Shown here: in pieces, positions 54,279 to 64,000 of the stretch
How the letters are laid out: each line of letters opens with the position of its first letter
Position numbering within the stretch: the stretch's first letter is position 1
DNA from: Octopus sinensis
Lineage: Eukaryota
DNA: 64,000 nucleotides
NCBI RefSeq assembly: GCF_006345805.1
Contig: NC_042997.1
Span: 89,714,001-89,778,000 of the forward strand
Direction of reading: 5' to 3'
Program-made: the position numbers and the translations under genes
Notes under the pieces: model-generated
What the model saw: only the letters and a program-made list of their open reading frames with translations
What the model was told of the DNA's origin: nothing
The model's database searches: none

Positions 54279-56370
54279 GATGGACTTCCACACAATTTAT
54301 ATCTACCAAATCCACAAAGCATTGGTTATAGAAGAATACATTTGCCCAAGATGTTGTGCAGTGGGACTGAATCTGAGATTATGTGGTTGCAAAGAAACCT
54401 TCTTAACCACACAGCTACACCTTCCATCCTATCTTTGTTGTAAATTGTTACAATATAAATAGATTGGAAGCGACCAGCTTATAAATGTATGATGAAAGTC
54501 TTTCTTCCTCATTCATCATTGTTATACACCTATTTATTGGTGTTGGCTTGAGTTAGATGGCTGTTCTGAGGCAGTGTGCTTTATGGCCAGATACTCTCAT
54601 TCCTGTTAGCTAACACTTTTAGACACCTCTTACAACATGCATAGATGCTTAATAATATAAGACAATTACAGCATAAAAGTAAATATAATGGTGTTTGTAT
54701 TTAAACAACAAATTTGGCTGCAATTGTTTCAGTTTCAATATACAAACTCAGATCAGATTCTTTGCCAAATAAGTGTAACTCCTTTATTCATTTTCAGTTA
54801 TCTCTGTCAGCTTGGGATTTTTTTGTGGCCCAGCTAGATGTCCACCTATGGGTAAATGGACTGTGCAAGATGAGTTAATGTTGTTTAGCTTCAAGTTGAT
54901 ATTGATTAAGCATTCCAGTCATATCCATCTCTCTATTTTTGTATCCAAAGTATAGTGCATGTGAGACTACATTATCTAATGTGGCCTTTTCTAAGAAAAT
55001 AGGGTATAGTTTGAGTGAGATTTGGCTGTTATATTTAGCAAGTTACCCTCATTAACTAATTAATATCTGATGAGTCTAATGGAAATTCTGTTGAAATTCA
55101 ATACCATGAGAATTGATACATTGTAGCCTAGTGACTGATCTGAAACATTCCTGATAGCTGGGAGAGCTGAGGTAATAGAAAAGTGTGTGTGTGTATGTTT
55201 TTTGTGTCCTGAAACACTATGAAACACCAGCCACACATTTGAACTCATGACCTATTTACAGTTAGAATATACCTTAATCACTCAGTTGTCATCTCACCTC
55301 AATATCCAATACCTGTTATCGCATCATTAACTCTTTGAAACTTTAAATCAGATGAAGCTAGAGTTTGACAACAGATATTTAACTGTCAGATATTGATTTA
55401 CACATCAAACATGATGCACTAGGGAAGCAGTGGAGCAAAGACCTATAAAAAAAGAAAAGACAGTGAAACCTGCAGAATCAATAACTTTGTACTTTATTTT
55501 TCTTTTTGCTTTAAAGTTGGCACTTATCTATTTCAGGGAGGTTACAAACTTATTTAACTACGTGAATAGGAAGGAAGATGGTAGTGTGGGGAGGAATAGA
55601 AAAATAAATAGAAGACTAAAATAAAATGAAATAGAAAAAAAAGCTGTGTTTCAATTTGTAACCTTAGCTGATGTATTTACTGTTAATTCTGTGTTAATAT
55701 TTCTTGGATCTTCTATAACCCACCATGAACATAGCATGGAAGTTATAACATTACATTGGCATGCATGCATGCACAGGCATGCATGTGCATACACAAACAT
55801 ATGAAAAATAAGTAAGAAATAAGTGACAAACCTCTACATGAAAAGGCAGTAATTGATTGCAATGATCAGATCAGCACAATCTTTATTTTCAAAATCTTCT
55901 TCTCATGCCATAAAGGTATTACGATAGCAAAGATATATGTTCTTCTGTAGTAGGCTGCCTAATATTTGGCCTATTAGGATCTGTCTGACAAAGTGGCTTT
56001 CCACCAGTAACTACCTTCATCTGCTGATGTTTGGAAAACTGCCATTCAGGGTTGGTGTAAGTTATAATTATTATTATTATAAGGTATTGTCTTTTTATGT
56101 CTGCCCAGGTCTGTGTAGACAGTCTGTGGGACATCTTGGTACTAAACCAGAATATGAATCATTGATTAAAACATCATTTTCTCCCTGGGAATAAGTGGTC
56201 CAATATCCTATGTTACTAGCTAAAAGATGCTATTGCTCCAGACCCTTTAATCTATAGATATTATATATTACATTATGTTATATTATGTTACGTTATATAC
56301 ACACACACACACACGCATTTGTATTTAGTATATGTTCGTATGTTTATTTTCTACATGTTTTTTGAATTAT

Positions 56371-56419
<49 letters not shown>

Positions 56420-56420
<1 letters not shown>

Positions 56421-56632
56421 TTTATTTTAAGCAGCAGAAAATTCAACAAAATCTGTTACTCTGAGTTTCTCGTTGCCGTTCATCAGCAAAAACTGTCTGA
56501 TGAACGGCAACGAGAAACTCAGAGTAACAGATTTTGTTGAATTTTCTGCTGCTTAAAATAAAGCATATTACTCTACCACTGGTATTTGAGTACTCTTTTT
56601 TCCACCTTGTTTCACATTTACGTGTTTACTCC

Positions 56633-56635
<3 letters not shown>
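56420..56635 (+). mobile_element. Palindromic element (perfect 67-bp arms, 10-nt spacer) carrying a hammerhead; Penelope-like pseudo-LTR relic between (TA)n tracts
   Basis: 56420-56486 is the exact reverse complement of 56497-56563. The right side continues ~70 bp to CCGG(TA)n. Confidence 0.65.
56487..56536 (+). ncRNA. Type I hammerhead ribozyme (canonical CUGAUGA/GAAA core)
   Basis: Stem I CAAAAACTGT/ACAGATTTTG (9 of 10 pairs), then CTGATGA, a short stem II A-CG-gcaa-CG-A, GAAA, and palindromic stem III ACTC-a-GAGT. Predicted cleavage after GUA at 56526. Confidence 0.7.
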
Positions 56636-56672
<37 letters not shown>

Positions 56673-56915
56673 TACATACATATGCACGTGTATTTAGTAT
56701 ATGATCATATTCTTTTATTCTTGTATTGGTTTCAGTCATTTGACTGCAGCCATGCTGGAGCACCACTGTTAGTTGAACAAATCGACCCCAGGACTTATTC
56801 TTTGTAAGCCTAGTATTTATTCTCAGTGTCTTTCGCTGAAGTGCTAAGTTACAGGGATGTAAATACACCAACATCGGTTGTCAAGCTATGGTGCGGGGAC
56901 AAGCACAGGCACACA

Positions 56916-56968
<53 letters not shown>

Positions 56969-57154
56969 GATGGGCTTTCAGTTTCTGCTTACCAAATCCA
57001 CTCACAAGGTTTTGGTCGACCCGAGGCTATAGTAGAAGACACTTGCCCAAGGTGCCATGCAGTGGGACTGAACCTGGAACCATGTGGTTGGGAAGCAAGC
57101 TTCTACAGCCACACCTACGTTTTTGAATTGTATATATATACACACTCACACACA

Positions 57155-57213
<59 letters not shown>

Positions 57214-57288
57214 ACGTCATACTTTCTGTTGTCTTTTAATTTAATCCTGAAAAAAATGTGTGTTTGTGTGTGTGTGTGTGTGTGTGTA

Positions 57289-57324
<36 letters not shown>

Positions 57325-57987
57325 CACACACACATACACACATATACATTCATACACACACACACACACACAATGTATATATATATATATATAAATTATT
57401 GGTTAGCCAATTAATGTTTGATGAAATTCAATACCAAAAAGATTGATACATAGTAGTCTAGTGACTAAAGTAGAATGATCTGGAATACATTTCTGACTGC
57501 TGGGAGAGCTGAAGCAATGGTGTGTGCGCGTGTGTGTATGTATGTGTGTGTGTGTTTTGTGGGGAATGTGGAGTCACTCCTTTATTACCATTGCTCCTAG
57601 GTATGTTCTGACCCAAAATAGTACCTGTCAGAGTCCCTTTTATAGGTTAAATAGATTTCCAGGAGTAGAAGAGGTTCCAGTTATTTTTGACAAAGCTGTG
57701 GATAAGGCTGCTCTTTTAGGAGGAGAATATTCTGCCATAAAACTGGAAGTCAAAAATGTTACCAGTCATCTTGCAATGCTTGTCACTGAAACCTACTATG
57801 ATGACCAAGAGAGTGGCAAAAGTGTTTTACAAGCATTTGTCGCTTAAATCCAATGACATGAAGATGCTTCACTATCATTTTGCAATGTGTGAAGGCTATT
57901 ATCTGAGAAGAGGAGACAATCATCACATATATATATGTGTATGAATTTATACATATGTTTGTTTGTGTGTGTGTGTGTATATATATG

Positions 57988-58230
57988 TAACGGGAAGGTT
58001 TACGAAAATAAACAAAAGACGAAGGCAGGTGGAGTACAAACAAATGTATTAGTATGGTGCTCAGGAATAGAAATAGAACAAGTCTTTTACGTTTCGAGCC
58101 TATGCTCTTCGACAGAAAGATACACAGAAAAGAAACAAGGAAGGAAAAAATGCGTGTAGGAGCTAACGGTCTATCATGGCGTTCTGACTTCAGGCAGAAG
58201 TCAGAGGTCAGACGTTAGACGCTAGAGGGA
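57988..58230 (-). mobile_element. Second copy of the 48.4-48.6 kb pseudo-LTR family
   Basis: Aligns by eye, including the tail CCACCTGCCTTCGTCTTTTGTTTATTTTC...TTCCCGTTA next to (TA)/(CA)n. Confidence 0.6.
58083..58120 (-). ncRNA. Minimal hammerhead-like motif, variant core CUGUCGA
   Basis: Minus strand: TCTTT-CTGTCGA-A-GAGC-atag-GCTC-GAAAC-GTA-AAAGA. Confidence 0.5.
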
Positions 58231-58353
58231 TATATATATACACAAGTGGGGCAGAGAGAGTGGATGTTTTTGAAGTGGCTATTACTCAGCCCCAGGGGGA
58301 AGGACATAGGTCTGACAAGTGGTGTCATAGCTTTTTTCTTTCCAGGTGAAGCC

Positions 58354-58464
58354 ATGGCATCATGGACGATAGAGCATTACATGTTTACCTATGACAGTTA
58401 CATGAAGAATAATGAATTTGTCAAAGCAGTTCAGTGTGAGTTTTGGCGCCACTTCAACATTCAC
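58354..58464 (+). pseudogene. N-terminal helix-turn-helix fragment of a Tc1/mariner transposase (DUF4817-like)
   Basis: MASWTIEHYMFTYDSYMKNNEFVKAVQCEFWRHFNIH matches the pattern M..T.E.R.F....Y.KN..SV..VQR.FRR.FNI. Confidence 0.6.
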
Positions 58465-59567
58465 ATATGTTAAGTTACGGGGGGGCATAAACAAACCAGC
58501 ACTGGATGTCAAGTGGTGGGGATATGTGTGACATACACAAATGCACACACCCATATATGGATAGGCTTCCACACAGTTTCTAGCTATCAAGTTAAATCAC
58601 CAGGCATTGCCCCATCCTCCATGAGCTATACTTGAAGACATTTGCCCAAAGACCCTGAAAACCATGTGGCTCTTAACTACAGTCATGTCTCTGCTTATAT
58701 ATATTAAAGAAAAATATGTAATAACTGTTATTTATACCTTGTCTTGTATACCACTCTGTGTAAAAACCAGTACAACTAGGGCACAACCACAGATTTACAA
58801 TATAGAATGGTGATGAACTATAACCTTGCATCCTGTCACTAGAATATGCAGAGTTCCTTACTAATCTAAACAGTATTGTTAGCCTGGTGTACTAACAGAG
58901 AGCTTACAAAGCATAACTCTGTTTTATATATACACTAGCTGAAAAGCCACTCGATAGGGCAGCTTTTAAGCTAGTATATAGCTTTTAAACAACTGACCCT
59001 GAATGAGAAGATCTGCAAACAGTTCTCTGACTTGTTTTGGAGAATTTGTTGCAATTGCTTCCCCCAGAGTATTATCCCAATGATGATCATATTTGTCGCA
59101 AAAAATCATGTAAAAAAAATTGATGAAAACAATTGCAGTAATGAAAGCCTAGGAATTCAAAATTTCAGGATTGCTGGTCTGGATTTGGCCTGGAATGTTT
59201 TTAATTTACTATCAGAGTTAGCCTTCATATTATAAAAATTGTTATTGTACAAAAAAATTTGTCACAAAAAGTCATATAAAAATATTGCCAAAAACAATCA
59301 CAATAATGAAAGCTTGGGAACCCCAAATTTCAGGATTGTGGGTCCGGATTCAGCCCAGAATGTTTTTAATTTACTCACGGAGTCAGCTTGCTTCCAAAAT
59401 GGTATGATATGTTGGGCTATGGCCTCTAGGAGCATAGTGACACACTGACATGCACATTTTGAAAATATAAGGACACTGGGGTTAAACAACAGTGGCATTC
59501 ATCCCAAAATGGGACTGCCGCATTAGCTTGGCAAAAAATCGTTACTATTATATTATCATAGCATATT

Positions 59568-59784
59568 AAGGTGGTGAGCTGGCAGAATTGTTTGCATGCC
59601 GGGTGAAATGCTTAGCGGTATTTCGTCTGCCGTTAAGTTTTGAGTTCGAATTCCACTGATGTCGATTTTGCCTTTCATCCTTTTGGGTCAATAAAAGTAG
59701 TACCAGTTACATACAGGGGTCGATGTAATCGACTTAATTCCTCCTCCCAAAATTTGAGGTCTTGTGCTTCCAGTAGAAAGGATT
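59568..59784 (+). mobile_element. SINE family A, best-preserved copy
   Basis: Head GGTGGTGAGCTGGCAGAATTG, B-box-like GAGTTCGAATTCC, body TTTGCCTTTCATCCTTT.GGGTC.ATAAA, and GGGGTCGATGTAATCGACT. More than a dozen degraded copies occur across the window. Confidence 0.85.
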
Positions 59785-61803
59785 TATTAAAGTTGAAAAA
59801 GTGTGACCCGCTAACATTCACATTTATTATATTAGATATGTTTCATATTGGGGAAACTTTATTTCACTTAAAGTGTATTTTATGTGTGTGTGTGTGTGCA
59901 TATGTATTAAAGAAAGCAAAAAATAAAACAAAAATGATAGTGTTCAGTATGTTGGCGACAGGAATTTCTGTCAAAGAGACATGATTAAATGAAATTGTAC
60001 ATCCCCCTCTTTCTCTCACATACCCACTCTTTCTCTTTCTTTTATTATTATTCCCACTGCCACCATCACTACTACTACTTTTAATAAAACATCAACCTAA
60101 ATTTCTTTGTCTCTCTTTCTCTTTCTCTCTGTTATCACCACTGCCTTCACCATCTCTATGCCTACTATTACTCTTTCATGAAGAATAGTTGGAGTGTCAT
60201 CGAATAGTGAGAGAGGGGGTCTAAATGTGACACAAAAATTAGTTTTTGCATTTATTATATCAGATGTGTGCCTTTTTTTTTTTATTGAAAAGACAAATAT
60301 AAAAGCCAAATATTTGAACATCTAAAGAAATTGATTAGATATCATACCCTTTAATTCAATTCCCTTTACTTGTCATCTGTTCATTTCAGTATAAGCATTA
60401 AAAAAAAACTCTTTTGATATTGACAAGCCTGATACAACTTTAGGTTCAAATATTACAAACTCTTGATTACCCACTTCATACTTTGAAGGGCCATCCTGAC
60501 ACCTCATTACTTCTATTTTTTATCACTTGCTAGCTCTACTCAGTCATTCCCATCCTCTCTTCTAAAATGTGAGTAGTCATGTAGCTTCTTTAAAGTAAGA
60601 AATCCTTTTTTTTCATATGCTATTCCTCATCTCCTAGCATAAAATTGTCCTCCTCTTGGAGTTCACAGTCTTTAAGCTGCATGGTGACCTCACTAGTGCA
60701 GGTGAAAAATCACTCAGTATATGCTGTAAAGAGGTTGGTGTTAGGAAGGGCATCCAGTTATAGAAACCTTGCAAAAGCAGACACTGGAGCACAATATGGT
60801 CCTTGGACCCATTGAATCCGCCCAACTCATATCACACCTTATTAAAAAAAAAAAGGAAAGACACATTGGTTAATATAGTTCATAGTACATTGTGCTATGG
60901 AAAAAAAAGACAAGATGGTCATAGTATGAATGCCTTTGATCATAAGTCTGTTCAATCAGAGCTAGCCAAATGTTAAGCAATAACTCTGGTTGTTTTTGAC
61001 CACTTGGTTGGCAAAAGGTTCCACTACTTATAGTGGCATAGCTAGAGTGTATGATGTCCAGGATAGCCCTTAAGTTTGCTACCCCATGCAAGTCCCCACA
61101 GTCTGTACAGTGCTGTATAAAAATCCCCTTAAAAGCATCATCCAGGGTGGATGCCACTGCTCCTCTCATCACTTTGCCTCCACATTCTTTATCTACACTA
61201 CTGCCTACTTACTGTGAAAAACAAAATTGCACTAGCAAACAGCTGGTGGAGGATCTGCCTGGGGTTAAAACAGTAGTTACGTTGAACAGCCATATTGGTA
61301 TAGTGATAAACATTACTTCTTAGTATATTTATTACTTTCATCTCTTATTGAGATTTTCTAACCAGCTACTTTTCTTGTTGCAAGATCAGTGACTGATGGT
61401 CAGTTTTCTATATATTGCGAGCTGGAGCACATTCTTGCTATTTCTAGCGGTTGTGTGATCACGACTGAAGATGAGTACAAATATCCCAAAACCATTCGAT
61501 TACATGATCCTGTTGTCTGCTAGGGGATGGTAGGGGTTAATTTCGTTGATTGCAATATACACAGGGTACAGGTTGCACTGGTAACCAGCTGGCGGAGGAT
61601 CTGCCTGTTGGTTAAAATGGTAGTAAAGTCGAACAGCTATATTGATATGGTGATAAACATTACTTCTTAGTATAATTACTACTTTCATCTCTTATTGAGA
61701 TTTTCTAACTAGCTACTTTTCTTGTTTCAATATGCAAATAGGAAATGAAATTTGGGAAAATTATTCTACCAATGTCAATGAATAGCAGGGAAAAATGAAT
61801 GTA

Positions 61804-61861
<58 letters not shown>

Positions 61862-63514
61862 CATCAATCATCATGACCATGGCAAATATCATCATCATAC
61901 TTATCATCAAAGAGCTAATGTAACGAGGAAGCCTTCTTTTCAGTTTTTTGACTTGCTAGAAACACCAACTGAATTTCTCTGAAATGATATCCTACTATCT
62001 TATACACAAAAGGTATATTGAACAGTGTTCCCGATATATAAACTGGCTAGGTGGGCATGAGTTGAATGCTTTGATTATTATTATTATTCCAGAGGTGGAG
62101 GAGGAGTATGTAGACGAGGGTGGAATAAGGTGCTTCTATGCTGTTTTATTTTCAGTATATAAAAATAAAACCTTCCTCTGGGTTTTATGTAATATTGTCT
62201 TTGTAATCAAAGCCACTTTGTTGCTGAGACTTATTGTCTACCCTTTTACCAATCCTGTTGAACTGAAGAACTCTTATAATATTCTCTCTATCAGTTTTAA
62301 GCACATGACTTTCCTTTCAGTTAAACTACTTTCTCTTCTCACTTGTTTATTAGGTTTTTTTTTCCTTTCTCTTTGTTTGTTTCTCTCTCTCTCTCTCTCT
62401 CTCTAGCAAAAGCACTCACTATACAAATTTCTTTGACAGCTTGTGTTGATTATTGATAAGTTTAATCTTGGATATATCAGCTTCAAGTTTTGCTTGTGAT
62501 GTTCCGTGCTTAAAGTGAACTTTAAAAGAAATCCATGTCTTAATGGCTGTGAATGAAACAGAAATATCAATGTTTTCTTTCAGCTGATGAAAATTTCAAG
62601 GTGTTCAGCTTTTGTGTAAATAACTGTTTGAAATGTAAATGGAAATGAAGTGCTTTGGTTAATCTAAATCAATTGAGAATATTATTTAACTTTAAAAAAA
62701 CTGCTTGCATTATATAACAGTTAAGGTTGTGTGACAGTTTTAATGTAACAATTCTTTTGTAATCAAAATGAATGAATGCATAGAAAAACATAAAGAAAAA
62801 ACGTGAAGATAAATTGATTATACTTAAGGCACTGCTTTTTTTCATGGCTCTTGTTTGAGATGGGTTTCATTTTGAAGTGTTGATTATATTTAACTTTGAT
62901 TTATTTTCAGTAAATTTTAAAACTAATTTGATATTTTGTAGTTGAATTAGTCAAGCATTTTTGGAAAATATTCCATTGTTGTTTAGTAGTTTAGTAAGAT
63001 CTGAGTATTAATAATTTCTGTAATGATTTTCAAATGACTCTTCACAATTTGAAGGAGTTCTTTCTGCTTTTGTTATAACAACATAAATACCATCATGAGA
63101 GTCTTCACTGGTGAAGACATAAGTCATAAAAGTATTAAGATTTATTATTGACTACTACTGTACAATTTAGATTTCCCTTCAATCTAACTTCTTGCTGTAA
63201 GGTTTTCCTTTGCTTTCTTTCAAATAAGTACTTTGAAGACGGAATATTAAGACTTAATCTTACATGTAATTATACTGCATTTTTACCATCTTTTCCTCTA
63301 TTAGATGTGTGTGTATATATAATTTCTCACCCTAATACTGTGTAAATTGAGATGCCCCAATTGACAGGCTGCTTGTATATAATCTATTTAGTCTCTCAAA
63401 TTCAATAGTAATGTTATTTTGGTGTAGTAGTTAGCACAACTATACAGTTTACAGAAGATGGAGGCCTGAAGATGTTGTGTTGTTATATTTTACTGTCTTA
63501 TTCTATATAAACAT

Positions 63515-63707
63515 ATGGTTCCAAATTTTTGGGAATGGGGCAGTCAATTACATCAATCCCAGTGCTCAGCTGGTACTTATTTTATCGACACTTCAAGGAT
63601 GAAAGGCAAAGTTGATCTCAGGATAATTTGAACTCAGAATGTTAAGATGGACAAAATGCTGCTAAGCATTTTTCCCAATGTGCTAACTGTTCTGCCAGTT
63701 CACTGCC

Positions 63708-63739
<32 letters not shown>

Positions 63740-63900
63740 CTTTTCTACTAAAGGTACAAGGCCTGAAACTTTGGGAGTGGGGTGGGGACTAGTCAATTAC
63801 ATTGACCCCAGTGTTTCACTGGTATGTTAATTTATCAACCCTGAAAGTATGGAAGGCAAGTATTTTGTTGGGTATGCTAATGATTCTGCTAGTTTGCAGC
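63515..63900 (-). mobile_element. Two head-to-tail copies of SINE family A
   Basis: Joined by (AAT)n at ~63709-63738. The second copy has an internal deletion. Confidence 0.75.
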
Positions 63901-64000
63901 CATCATCATCATCATCACAATAATGATAATAATAATAATAATAATAATGTGTGGTAGCTTTGCTAATGGTTGTCACATGAAAAAGCACCTAGTACACTCT

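Noticed and set aside
54798-54851. 54-nt AG...GT segment with two open frames
   Set aside because: The peptide is unrecognisable and the context is repeat-like. It cannot be distinguished from chance.
57646-57847. ORF RLNRFPGVEEVPVIFDKAVDKAALLGGE...
   Set aside because: It looks protein-like but could not be assigned, and an alternative frame is also partly open. A blastx search would be needed.

Overview
AT-rich, microsatellite-dense animal genomic DNA, mostly intronic or intergenic, with a 100-N gap at 32733-32832. The dispersed repeat families look like those of Octopus; this assignment is recognition from memory, not a database search. No complete host gene could be identified. Nearly all long ORFs in the track (IY/VC/HT-rich) are translations of (TA)n/(TG)n tracts. 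Recognisable coding relics are all transposon-derived: an internally deleted piggyBac (10.3-11.3 kb), a decayed Helitron with both termini (16.6-20.4 kb), a DD34D mariner (33.2-34.2 kb), a maT-like Tc1/mariner (50.1-51.0 kb) and a DUF4817-type fragment. There are also MITEs and several tRNA-headed SINE families. The most notable signal is four minimal type I hammerhead-ribozyme folds from three unrelated repeat families, all next to (TA)n tracts and resembling Penelope-like pseudo-LTR relics. Two have canonical cores and sit in the right arm of long palindromes (2922-3272; 56420-56563). Two others (48.5 kb and 58.1 kb) share a non-canonical CUGUNGA core. A few weak candidate host micro-exons are noted.
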